From NCBI GenBank assembly GCA_004431415.1, contig QPMI01000439.1:372001-436000 (forward strand): a DNA stretch of 64,000 nucleotides. Reading direction: 5' to 3'. Below, one piece after another: positions 47,601-60,500 of the stretch; position 1 is the first letter of the stretch, and every line of letters begins with the position of its first letter. Source of the stretch: Cyanophora paradoxa CCMP329 (lineage: Eukaryota; Plantae; Glaucophyta). Made by a program: the position numbers and the translations under genes. Below the pieces are notes generated by a model. The model was not told the origin of the DNA. It ran no database searches and worked only from the letters and a program-made list of their open reading frames with translations.

Positions 47601-50600
47601 TTAGTCGAATACAAGCTTAAGAAGAGTGGACACTATAGAAGATTGAAAGTTTTAGAATAAAGAGTGGACGTTATGGGATAAAGATTGGACGTTATAGACG
47701 CTCGCTCCAACTGCGTTATATAATTGTTACAGAATAGAGAGTGGACGTCGACGTGCCTCTTAAGCTTAAGCCCCGCTTATATAAGCTTAAGAATTTAGTC
47801 GAAAATAAGCTTAAGAGCTAATATAAGCTCAGTTGAATATGATCATAATTTCTATGGAATAAAGAGTGGACGTCGACGTGCCTCGATGTCAGCTGCGGCG
47901 CCGTCGACGACGAAGCGGATGGGCGCGGCGCCCCACAGCGCCTCCAGATGCTGCTGCACAGTGGCGGCGGCGGCGGAGGCGGCGGCCGGGATCTGTTGGG
48001 CGACCGAGGCGCCGGCCGGGGCTGCGGCCGCCTCGGCCGCCCTCGCGGACGCTGCGAACGCGGCCGCGCGCTCGCCCAGCATCTGGTCATACACGGTGAT
48101 TTAAACTCAATGTTTCGCAAAGGGGCTTAAGCTTGTAATCAGACTGAAAGCAAACGCAACCGCACCAGCACGATCCTTGAGAACCCCGTCTCCCATCCAG
48201 GCAACGCCGCATCCAAGGCCGCCAGAGCCATTCCCTGCAGCAGATTAAGAGACGCCTCATGCTGAGGGCAAGCTTAGCAAAAGCTAGAGCTAAGCCCCGA
48301 ATCTAAGGGCATCTAGAAGAGTAACAACAACAGATCTAGAGCGGGGCCTAGGCCTGCGCCCGTCTCTCGAGCTCGCGATCGCTCACCCCTGGACTGGGAA
48401 CGCCGGCACAGGCGCTCGCGATCGTACTGGCACCGGCCGGACTCGCAACCGGCGTCGGCGCGGCCGCGGCCGCCGCGAGCTGGGCGCAGAGGTGCTTGAA
48501 GGCTTCTGTGTGGAACTTCGTCCTTAGGAGGGGCTTCTCGCTGCCGCCCAGGAACAGCTTCTCCTCGATTTGCAGGAGAATCTGACCGCGAAGAATTTAC
48601 AATCAATCAATTACTTATCATTGACTTCCAAGCTTAAGCTTTGCAATTGGCGGCGCGACCGAATCGACCGGAGAGAACAGAAACGACGCCTCACGCACCG
48701 ACTTGAGCAGGCGAGCGTGTTCCGGGAAGCCGCCCGACTGGAGCCAGGGGCACGCCTGCCCCGATCGAGATTAGATAAACAGAGATTCTTTCTTATCTTA
48801 CCTAAGAGATTAAAGCAGGCTAACTCCTAAGAGATGTTTAAGTTCTCATCTTATCGGGGACCGGGGGGCGGGGGCGGGGGGGGTCATGCCTTCCCCGACG
48901 CCGATGCCAGGACCGCGAAAGCGACGTCGCTCCCGATCGCGCCGAGCGCCGGGTCGACCCAGTTCTTCAGGAGCGATCCGTTCACTGCGCCAACAATCAC
49001 TTAAATGGAAAGAACCACTTTGCGACACGCGTTCCGAGCTCAGGCTAGCGCTCTAGAGCCTGCGCCTCACGATCACCTAGGGGCGAGGGCAAATGAAATC
49101 CTCGAACGTATAAAACACAGACTTAAATACACTTTAGATCTCGATCCGAGGCCTTACCGAGCGGCGAGAGCAGATCGTCGACGGCGCAGCGTGCCCCGGC
49201 CGCCGATATCGATCCCGCCGATCCCGACGACGTCGCCGTCGATCCCGAAGTCGACATCGGCGTCGGGATCGGCGGGCGGCCGAGCGTGCCAAAGGCCCGC
49301 AGGACCACGCCCAGCAAGCGCCCCACGTGCCCGAAGGGGGCCTGCAGGGCCTGCACGGACGCCGGCGCGGCCCGCAGCTCTGCTGAACTGGAGGCGGGTC
49401 CGGAACCGGAGCCCGAGGCGACGCTGGCGCTGGCGCCTGCTCCGCTTTGGACGGGGGTGCCTCTTTCGATTCTCGTCGTCAGGTTCAGCATATCTGTTCA
49501 ATAAAATATATTAACGAACATAGCACGCGCGATGAAAGTTGCTATGTTGATTGGACTCGAAAGAGATAAATTTAGAGATACCTTCGGCAAAGTGTGGCGG
49601 CAGGCGGGCGCGGTGCTCGTTGAAGGAAGCGATCGCCGCGGCGCTGTAGAGCGCCAGCGCCCGAACGCCCGCTTCCTGGCCACGTTTTAATTAACAGAAC
49701 TTCAGGAAGAAAGAAAGGAAAGGGGAGAGCTTTAATTTGATCTAGAATGAGAAACCCTCATGGGTATAAATGATTTGCGGAAGGTCCCTGGCTGATTACG
49801 TACGATGCACGGGGCCACCACAGCCGCGATGATGTGGCGTCGCAGCTGCGTCTGCCTCCTGTCCTCTGGATGGGCGCTGCAGAAATTCTCCACCGCCTGC
49901 AATATCGAACCAAATGGGAGATTAGTTCCTCGACCATGATCAACTGCCGAGTCCTGTGCTTGCGCTCGCGCGCGTGCCTTTGCGCAGGATTCGACTGCGG
50001 CCTTCAGTTGCGCGATGTCTGCATCCCGGAGGCCGGCAGGCAGCGCCGCCACCAGCGAGCTCAGAAACTCCTGGACCTGCGCGAATATATATATTAATAT
50101 TAGTGCGCAAATCCAAAAGAACCCAGATCAAGCATTCTTTGCGCATGCATAGGTTCGGTCTAGCAACAGTTTCAGCACTCCAGACCTCAACGAGGGCAGC
50201 CATATCCGTATCGGTCAGCGTGGCGCCCGCGCCGGACTTGATGCTCGGCATGTGCTCCGCGGTCAGCGTCGAGCCGGCCCCCGAGCGCCACCAGATCCGC
50301 CCGCGGAGCGCGCGCCCGCACGCCGCGAGCACCGAGTCGCACTGGAGGAAGCTCGCGGCCTGCGAAGCGGTCGTGAGATCCGACTCATGGCTCGTGCGCG
50401 CGCGCGTGCGCCTCGATATCACCTCTGTCAGCTCCCAGACGGACTCCTCCGCCTCAGCCGCCAGAAGGTCTTCGAAGGCTGGGGTCCCATGGGCCTCGCA
50501 CAGCGCCGCGATTCGATCCACACAGCTCGCGCTCAGCTGGCTCGCCGGTAGAGCGATGATAGGGGCCTCGCCAGATGCCGCTGCGGACAGCTTCGGTCAT

Positions 50601-51001
50601 GTGCGGGCCGAAAACCACAATTGCAAGGCGCCGCGCCGACAGTTGGATGAACCATTTGCGAGAGCGGGGTCGGCAAGGAGAGAACTCGCCGCGGCCGCGT
50701 CCCGCAGCGTCTTGCACAGGTCAAACGTAATCTGACCAACCTCTCGCACGCCGAAGCCGCACGCCGCCTCGGATTCGCGCCTCGGGCGCTTGGCGCGCTG
50801 CGTATGCTCGCCGGCGCCCGTGGGGGCGGCGCCGCCGGTCGCCGTCGAGCTCCGTTCCGCGAGGCGAACCAGAACGAGCTGGTCATGCGCGAGGATGCCG
50901 GGCAGCTGCACGGGTGCGCCGCGCGGCTCGGCTGCTGCGGGACGCTTTCCCGTGCTCGTCTGCCCGACGGCCGCGCCCGCGCCGCGCGCCGTGCCCATCA
51001 T
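44624..51001 (-). CDS. Tandem SKP1/BTB(POZ)-like domain locus: one long gene or several co-oriented, partly decayed genes
   Basis: FDLCKTLRDAA..IIALPASQLSASCVDRIAALCEAH..VWELTE/AASFLQCDSVLAACGRALRGRI (50300-50740); DADVDFGIDG (about 49250); IRFVVDG (about 47910); AAGGLGLLPLMDFACHRLAELLA (about 46630); LTAWEPAVVAGLRLGPALDLFA/VAGDTGQPGLREMALDRLAELLAG (45000-45310). Confidence 0.52.
45405..45464. repeat. (GGGGGC)n tract, potential G-quadruplex, intronic
   Basis: About 10 tandem units read directly. Confidence 0.85.
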
Positions 51002-51352
51002 TGGAAGCTGTCGCGTGTGGGCCAGCGTCTCTGAAGAACAGCTTGCTGAGCCGCGTAGCGTATCGATGCGAGAAATGGAAAAGAGAATGGATGGAGAGCT
51101 CAAGGAGAACTCATGAGGGGAGCTCGAGGGGAGGCCCAGGAGAAAAAAGGAAACTGGAAGAAAACGAAGGGGACTAAAAAAGTAAAGTGGGTGCACGCGA
51201 GCGCTAGCGTGCGCGTGAATTCGAAGGTCTAGAGGAGAGCCGGCGACATTGGGAGCTCGAGGAGATCATTAATATTCGAAGAGCCCTGATCACATGAGAG
51301 GAAACCCCTAGGCGGTTTTATAACCGGCTCACCGCCGGCGCCGCGCGTGTAC

Positions 51353-53596
51353 ATGCATATGGAGATCAACGAGGACGCCGAGGTGGCGCTGCTCGTCGGC
51401 GAGGGGCGCGAGCGCCTCGCGGCGCGCGCCGCCGTCCTCCGCCGCTCTCCCCTCTTCGCGGCCATGCTCGACGCGCCGATGCGCGAGCGCGCCACGGGGG
51501 AGATCGTCAAGCCGAACTGGTGCGCGCGTCTTCAGCGCGAGAATGTTGACGTCTAATTACAGTGGGCGGATCCGGCGAACTTGAGCGAGCGTCTGCATCT
51601 TCTGCAGGACGCCCGACGCGGCGCGCGCCGTGCTCGAATTCCTGGAGCACGAGAGGACGTCGATTCCGCCCGCGCTCCTCAGCGACGTCTTTGCCGCCGC
51701 GGACGAGGCCCAGGTTTGCTTTGCCAGTTCATATCCATAATCGAATTCAATTTTCAGGGCCAAGTCGAGCTTTCGAATCCTCCATATCGAGTATCGTGAT
51801 TGCGCTTTACTATTAATATTCAGTTTACCTTAATTTAGCTTAAATTTACTAAGTTTCAAAGCCTTGCGCCAGTCTCGCGGTATCGCAGAACTCTCATCAG
51901 CTCTAAATGGAGTGCCTTGTATTCGAATGTGAAACAAATGCAAGACTTATGTAACATCTCTTTCGCTCGAGCTCGACGCGACCGAAATCGATCGCGAGTC
52001 GCCCTTTAATTTCTCTGATCACGTGCGAACGCTCGTCGCGCAGGCGGGCGAGCTCCTGGGGGCGCTCCGCTCGCCGGGCCTCCTGCTCCAGCTCCGGACG
52101 CTCGACGAGCTCGCGGCGTACGCGCGCTTCGCCGACGCGTGCGGCCTTGCCTCGGAGCCCGACCGCGCGAGTCGGAAGCTCGAGATCGAGATCGACCGCG
52201 TCCGCCGCGTCGTCTCGGGGGGCGTCGCCAGCTTTCAGCTGCGGGCAGGAGTGTGCTCGATTTCCACATGCGCGAAATTAATAGGGATACAACGACAATT
52301 CAAGCCCGGATTGCATTCGCTTTTCCCAGGGTTAGATGTCATCATTCCTTCGACGGATCGAAGTGCAGGCTCGCTTGCGTTAACGTTATTATTAAACCAG
52401 TCGAATTTAGTTCGTAGCCATAGATCTAGAGAATTTCTGATAGCGCTCAGTTGTCTTCTCTAATTTTGATCTGATAATCGTGATCCCCCGCAGATGATGG
52501 ACTGCTCACTCTGGAATCCGAATGCGCCGCATTACGAGCATCAACCGATTGCGAAACGGCGTATCGAATCCACATCGTGGAGTCGCCGGTTGCTCAGTGC
52601 GAAGAATGCGAAGGATCCGCGACGTCGATGTGCTTGAGCTCGAACTCGAAATCGAGTCCCGACTGCAGCACGAAGCTTGTGGATATATTAGTGCCGAAAG
52701 ACGCCGCCGCCCAGGCGCTCGAAGGTATCTTCGCGGCTCTGCACGCGCAGCTGCAGCCGCCGGCGCCGACCTCCGGAGTGAGCTCGCCACGGCAGCCCGA
52801 GGTGAGTGAGTGAGTGAGTGAGTTAGCTGCGTGATGTTAAGAGTTAATAAATATAAAGAACACCGATCGCGAGTGCAAGAAAGGCGTGCAGTGCAATTGC
52901 CCGACAGGCCTAGGGCAGAGTCTTGACTCTAGATCTACAGCTGTAGCCTCATTTAAGCCACATTCCGCTATTTTTCTCTGCTGACCCCGAGAGCTGAGCT
53001 CGCCACGGCAGCGCGAGGGAGCTCGTATTTCGTGGAGTTCTCTGTCTTCTCCTTCGAATTCTTCCTCGAATTCTCCTTCTTCGTCACTGCGCGTCGCGAT
53101 TTCGACGGCCCAAACTCCCAGTACTAGCCCCCGCCACAAAAGCCCTGGCTACCTTCTCTCTGGCGATATCGATGGCTGTCGTCTCCCCGCTGACGGCGAT
53201 ATCGATACCGATCTCGAGGGCGGATCCATATGGTCGATGGAAGGGTCGCTCTCGGCCCTCCGAAGAGTGCTCGAGTGGCTGTCGAGCTCGACCCGCAGGC
53301 GTCTGGTCGTGCCGGCCGCGGCCACAGCTAAGCAAGGCTGTACTACAATCAGCAGCACCGACCGCTGCTCGCTGCGGCTGGCGGCGCCGACGCGGGGCAC
53401 GCTGCGCGCGCTCCTCCACACGCAGCGCTCCTTCGGCTTCGACGCCCGCGCCAACGCCGTCCTCCTCGTCCGCCCCGCGGCCGAGATGCTGGGCGCCCTG
53501 GCGGCCCTCGAGGCGCCCCCGGCCTCGGCCCCCTTCGAATTCGACTCCTGGAGCGTCCGGCTCCTCTCGTACCCCCCGGAGCCGCAGCGCGTCTGA
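51353..53596 (+). CDS. BTB/POZ domain protein, multi-exon (3' part uncertain)
   Basis: AEVALLVGEGRERLAARAAVLRRSPLFAAMLDAPMRERATGEIVKPNW/TPDAARAVLEFL..LLSDVFAAADEAQ. Confidence 0.72.
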
Positions 53597-54599
53597 TCGT
53601 CTGATCGCGAAAATTTTAATCATGATCAGATCTAGATCGACGAGCATATCGTGGCCAGCTGCCGCAGCGCCGCACCGCCGTTGTCGCTTTCTCTGTTTCA
53701 CTGCTTTAGATCTCAATCAGTGATAACTGTATAACTCGGCGGCTTTGCCTCAAGATACTGTATCTATAGACGTCTACAGATGGGCCATCGAAATCTGCAT
53801 CGCATTTTCCGGTTTGCAGTTGCCTTGAGTTCGAGATCTAAATCGCGTCTTGCAATTGTCTTGTCCATTATCCCACGTGAATACGGCACAATCAAGATCA
53901 GCTCTAGAATGCTGTACATGTAATAGCTATCTTCGATCTTCTTCAATTGTCTTTCGGCGAGTGATTCTTTGCCGGATCAGACGAGTCAGTGCCTCTGTGA
54001 CTTCGATGCATGGATGCACGCAAGCACACCCGCCCGCCCGCCGCGCGCCCCGCCGCAGGAGGCCGCGCCGTACCGCCGCCGGGGCAGGTGCATGGATGCA
54101 CTCGAGCACTCGACAGATGTGCCGCCGCCGCACGTGCACTCCGCCGCTTGAGCTCCGCCCCGCCTCGCCTATCTTCCGCCTCCGCCCTCGTTCCGAAGAT
54201 ATCTGTCTACGTATACGAATATCTAGATCTGATCTGATCTGATCTGATCTTATCTGAGAATCGCTCTACAAATTAAAGTTTGGTTGAGAAATCAATCAAA
54301 TTGCTGCAACTGGATATAAGAAATGCCCCAGAAATTTCACCTACAAAAACTGAAATCGCTCCGCTGCAATCATCAGACCTCTGAGACGAATCTACATCTC
54401 TGCATATATATAATCGAACAACAGGTGAAACGGATATCGATTGTCTTTCTCGACCCGGATCATAATATTTAATCAGCTCTACAGACCGTCTTTTAATTTA
54501 AGACTCCTCGAGTAAAAAAACAAGCTCGACTCGGCATCATGCATATGGTAAGAGACGCAGCCAGGCAGAGAAAAGCAGTTCCTAGCCTAGTACACTACA

Positions 54600-57500
54600 C
54601 TACACTGCAGCTGCAACATGCGGGGCCGAGGCGGAACGGGTTTCCTCCTTAAGCTTCGGGGGACCGGCCGGCCGCGGCCCGAGGGCGGGGCCCAAGGCCC
54701 GCAACGCGAAGGCGGAGCGGGCCTCGAGCGGCTGGAGACCCGCCGACCGCGCCAGCGCCTCGGCCCGCGCGAGGCTCTTCTGTATACGCCCCGCGGCGTC
54801 CACGCCGTCCACGGCCCGCGCCCGCGCCCGCGCCCGGCCCTCGTAGAAGGCCGAGAACGCGGCGACGGTCGGGTAGCGCTCGCCGCCGGCACGGAGGGCG
54901 GAGAGCACTTCCCCTAGGGCCCCCGCGAGGGAGCGCGACCAGGACCGCTCTGTCTCTGCCTCGCCCGGCGAAACCCTCCGCCGCGCGCCCGAGTTGCGCT
55001 CCGCAAAGTCCGCGAGGAGGGGCCCACCGTAGGCAAGGGCAGGGGGGCCGGCCGACGCGGCCTGCGCGCGGGCACGGGCGGTGCTCGCCGCGAGGCGGTA
55101 GCCGAAGCCCATGTCAAGCAGGTCCAATAGGGCGTCGGCAAGCTGGCAGAGGGGTACGAGGCAGAAGGGGAGGGGGGGCAGGCCCGCCAGCGCCGCCGGC
55201 CGCCTGGAGCGCTGCTCCCGGAGCACCTGTACCCCCGCCAGCGCCTCGGCCTCGGCCTCGGCGGGGCGTCCCTCGGCGACACGGACGGCGGCGGCGCAGG
55301 CCGCGCCGGCGAGGCGGGACGTCGTGACGCTCTCGTCGGGGAACTTCTCGCGCGCCTCCTCGAGTGCTCGGGTGATTCTGCACGGTGGAACATCAAATCA
55401 AATTAATGGGCTGCGCGGTCGAGATCAAGAGCGAGAAGAGTGGGGCGGGGGTCGCACCCCAGCCCGACGGACACACTGGAAGAGGACTGCAGCCTCGAGG
55501 AAGCGCCTCCTAGGAGGCCCCAGAACCTGCGCGCGAGCAGCTCAGCACTCGAGCTCCATGCGCGAAAATGGACGGGAAAAGGACGGCGGACAGGTGGAAA
55601 TGGTTCGAATTTCTCGCGCGCCTCGCGTGCCGCACCTGTCGGCGAGTCCAACGTTAACCGTTGAATATCAATGCGAGGAACCGCACATATATATGCTAGA
55701 GAAACAGAAGGGAATGGCAGAAGCGCACGAGGCTGTCGAAGGTCTTCTCGGCGTCGGAAGCCTGCCCCCGGAGCAGGTGGGCGATACCTTTGATGAAGAG
55801 CGCCTCGCCGACGGCGCTGGAGCTCTGGGTCGATCGGAGCTGCTCGAAACGGTAAAGGTAAATTTGGCACAAGCTGAAGTTTAATTGCGAGGCAAAGTCG
55901 ACAGGTCGGGAGCCAGCAGAGCGTCAATCAGCGCTAACCACGGAGATCACAGACGTCGCCATCTTGTCGAACGAGGCGAACGTGCCGTGCAGCAAGGCAT
56001 TCGACAGCTGCGCGTTCGAATTGGACCCGTTCAACTGCCACGCAGCACAGCGTACTCTCATTAATATGCACCTGATGGAGGAGGAAACCGGCGGATGCGC
56101 GTCGAGACGCGCTGCAGTTGTCGGAGGCCGCGTCGCGCAGGCGCTCGGCGAGACGTTGGCGCCCAGGCAGCAACTGCACACGCGCCCGGCCCCCGCCCCG
56201 CCCGTGTCGGTGCCCCTGCCCCGGCCCGCGCAACGAAGGCGAAGGCTTGAAAGGCAAAGGCGCACTGCAACGACTCCAGAGGCGGTCGCAGCGGCGTCCT
56301 CGAAGCGCGAGGGCTTGCAACTGGTATCCCCCTGTGGCATGCCCGCCTCCAGCCTGACCCGTTTCATCGCTGAATTCGAACGCAAACCTCTCGGAGTCAG
56401 CGCGCGGGCGCGTCGTTGCAATTGCGAACCAGAAGCTTAAGCTTAAGCTCGAGAATCATTGAATGAAAGACAAGTCACCGAAATACGCCGCTGCGGCGAC
56501 GTCCCCGCTATGAAGCAGGACGGGGACGTAGGCGGCGAGGGCGTCGCTGCGTGACGGTCCCGGTCCGGTTACGATCAGTCGATGCTCGAGAGAAATCAAA
56601 CTTGAATTCGAATTTCAAATGGAAAGATTTAATTTGAGGTGGGCGACTCGCCTCAGTACGCGCAGGCGCTGGTCCGCCGGCGGGGCCCGCTGCCTGTCCA
56701 ACGCCGCCTGCAGAGAAGCCTCGTTCGCCCACGTATACGTGTTCTTATAATTAGAAGTCTCGCCGCCGGTTTGGTTGTCCAATCCATGGACGCCGCGTCT
56801 GGAAAAATTTAGCGGGTCACGGTCACACGCCGTGACGAAATCATGTACAGTTCCAGCAGCTTAAGCTTGAGCGTTCACGGTTCAAAAAGATGAAGGGACC
56901 TTGTGTGAATGGCGGGCATCGCCAGCGATGCGAGTGCGCGGAACAGGAAGGCGTAGCCGCTCTGCTTCGTCGCGGTGGGCTCTTTGAGGAAATTGAAGCA
57001 GGCCTCGGTGGCCTGCGCCCAAAAATCGGTTTAATTTCGTCGTTGTTGAAGTCGACGAAATACATAAAAGATAGCGATAATCCCTAAATGAAGTCCAAAA
57101 CTACCTATTCTATTCGTAATCATCGCTTTTAACGCCGCTTTATTTGCTTGTATACGATACGTGGACGTAGATCTAGAGCAGCCGCGATGCACGAGGAAGG
57201 AAGCACCACGCACCCTCAGTGCTTCCGACAAGTGGCCCATCGAGTACGCGGCACGGGCGCGGAGTTGCCAGAGGCGTGCGGCCGCGAGGGACTGCTCGCT
57301 CGAGCCCCCGTCCCCGTCCCCCTTCCCCTTCCCCCGCCTCGGTTTTCCATGGCCAGCGATCTGCTCCCACGTACGCGTGCACGGCGCTTTTAAGCCCATT
57401 GGCAGCTGCAGCATCCGCGCGACGTCGACAGCGCACCGGCTGATGGAAGACAGGGCGCGGTCCGCGTGCTCGAGTGCCTCCCCATATCGCCCGTCCTCCA

Positions 57501-60500
57501 GAGCAACCTCGGCTGATGCATATGTCGGGTTGGCCATGATCATGAACGGCGCCGGCAGGACGCGAGGCGTTTATATATTACGTGGGCCTGCAGGGTATAC
57601 AACTACTATGATAGATAGAACTTCCGTTTATATATTATGTGGGCCTGCAGGCTATAGCTATAGATAGATTTGGATGTCCGACGGTTGGGTTGGCCGCCAG
57701 GACCGTCGGACGCGTGAGGTTTAATTTATCATATATAAGCCTGCAAGACTTCCGCAATGCGGCATGCGCATGCGCACCGGCGATTTCGAAGAAGGGTACG
57801 GCCAGCTCCTTGGCGCCGGCCGCCACATAGAGCCTCGCGACCTGTTCGCGATTGCGATCGATTGCGAGTTTAATTTGGCCGCGGCGCGGGCCGAGCTCGA
57901 GGTCTAGATCTAGATCTAGACGCCGACTGACGGGTCTAGATATAGATCTGTCTGCGCGCACCGCCTCCGCGGCCGACGGGCTGCGGGAGCCGGCCGTCCT
58001 GACGAGGTACTTTGCGGAGCGCCAGGAGAGGAACGCGATGTCGTCCTTGGAGAGCGTCGACCGCAGGACGTCGGCTGGGATCATGAGCCGCGGTCGGTTG
58101 CGATTACTAATTAGCGCGGCCGAGATGATTCGAGTTCGTAGGGGACGCCGACCTTGCAGCTCCTCGCAGAAAACGAATCCGAACAGCCCGCTGCGGTGCT
58201 GAACCTGCCGCAGGTGGCCGTAGCGTTCCAATACCTGATTGCAGCGTTAACAGTGGGCGGCAGTCGATAAATATTAATCTATATGAGCTCCGGCAGCAGC
58301 TGCAAGGCACCACAAGGGACGCCGCAACCATCGACGGATCGACCGCGCCATCGATCGCGTACTGCGAATTGGGAGTGAGCTTCAGCGCCGTTTGCAAAGC
58401 AAAGACGCAGCTCACCATCGCCTGGGCCATCTCGAAGCGGGCCCGAGCGCGGAGCACATCTTGAGCACGAGGGCGGGGAGCGGCGGCACGCGGTCGAGGC
58501 CTAAGACGCCGAGCGAGGTGGCCGCGTCGCTCTTCAGGATCATGGCGATCGCTTGCGCGGCCCTCTGCGCCTCCGGATCCTCGCTGGCATGGGCGATCGA
58601 CATCGCGAGCGTTAGCATTACATTACGCCCCGGAAATCGTTGTCGGGAGGGGCCGGCCGGGCCGCGGCGGCCGCGGCCCACGCGAGCATGCGCACTCGGC
58701 GAGGTCCGAACTGGCCGCGGGGGCGCCGGCGCCGGCGCCGGCGCCGCCGGCTCGCCGCGAGGCGGCCGAGATCGCCACCTGCGACTCGAGGATGGAGAGG
58801 CTCGCCAGGACGCGCCCGCCGTCCACCTGCGCATTCGCGAGCTGAGCCGCGCTTCTCGCACAGCGCGCTTCGAGATGTACGGAGCACCTTCACGAGACCG
58901 GTGCGGACGAGGTGCGATGCCATCTGCTTCAGCACAGCAGGCGATCCGCCCGACTTGTCCAGCAGTTGGACGGCCAGGGCTTCGCTAAGGTGCTCTGACT
59001 TTACCTGCGCGCCGTCAGCGACGGCAAACGCTGACCATGATCGCTCCGACGGGAGAACCTTCAGTGCATGTGCGAGGAATCCCCGGGCCTCTTCTGCAGA
59101 TGTCCGATTGCCAAGAGTATCAGATGCAAAGCTTCGCGATCGTAATTGGTTCTGAATAGATTCGAGCCGCACGAACCGACGCTGGCGATCGGGTTGAGCT
59201 TAATGAACAGAGTGTGGACGCTTGAGCGGAGCGACGAGTACTCCGCACAGACCTGATTGTAGCGCTCGGATCCGGGCGCAACGGAACGAGAGTGGCTGTG
59301 CAATGAACCGTGTGCGGCGGGACCGGCCTCGAGGTGACGAGCATGTAGGTGGTGCTGGTGTTTGATTTCACGGAATGGTCGGTTGCGAAAAATGACTTCG
59401 AACGAATTAAATCCCTGCAAAAACTCACTGGCAGAGACCGATAAAACTTACTGCGGAACCCAAAAAAAGCCCCATCGATATCATATCGTTAGAATCTATA
59501 TCTCAGCTTCTGCGAATTTAACAAGAAAGACGCACTCAGCTTGGTCGACATCGCATCCAGCGCGTATCTTTTCGCGATCGGGCGGGTGAGCAGAGCGCGT
59601 GGGGCACGCATATAACTGACTTTGCACGTACAAGTCGTCGATCAGTAGAATACACTGGAGCTTCCGCATCAGCGCCTGCAAGAGTGAAGCGAGGAAGCGG
59701 AATTGGCGCGAGGCGGGCGAGTCCTCCTCCATCGGGACGTCGACGAACGCCTGCGCAGCGCGCGATCGCGAGAGCGGCGTGAGGGACAGGGTATCATTGA
59801 ATTCTAGCTCGACGTCGGTGCATTCCGCACACCTCCAGAGGCCGCCCCCGCGAGTTGCTACCCGCAGACGTGGGCGAAGTCGCGATCGACTTAGACCCGC
59901 CCCTCTGCTTCACCTGCTTGTCTTCAGAGAGAAACTCTTCGAGGATCTGACGCGACGCGGCCGATCAGCGCTAGCTATCCCGGTCCATCGTTCGTTTGAG
60001 GCGAGCGCCGGCGCCGCTCTGTGGTGCGCACGAGTACGTTTTCCTGGGTCGCCAAAGGAGCGCTCGCCGCCTCTAGAAACGCGCTGAGCTCGCTGCGGAA
60101 GCACTCGTTTTCCTCGACTTGTTTGTCGGCGTCGACGGCGGCATTCGAAGTCTCCCCAGCTTTGAAAGAGGACACGGATGTCGAAGCAGATTCGTTCAGG
60201 CCGAGCTTGTAAATCAGAACGGAGCCGGCAAACGTAGCCGCTGGCGGCTGGATGTCGGCGCTCTGCGGGTGCGGCGGCGGGGCGGCGGGAACGGGGGGAG
60301 GCGTGACGGAGCGGGAGTCGGGGCGCGACTCGAAGTAGTCGAAGTTGGCCGCGGGGACGGGGCTCGCAGATGCGGAGGAGCGGATGCTGCCCGGTGCCCT
60401 AGGCCTGAGCTGCTGGCGGAACTGGCGGTTGGAACGGTGCACGCGCGCCCATTCGAGTTCGCCCACATCAACGTCTGCAGCGGCCTCGCGCTGCTCACGA

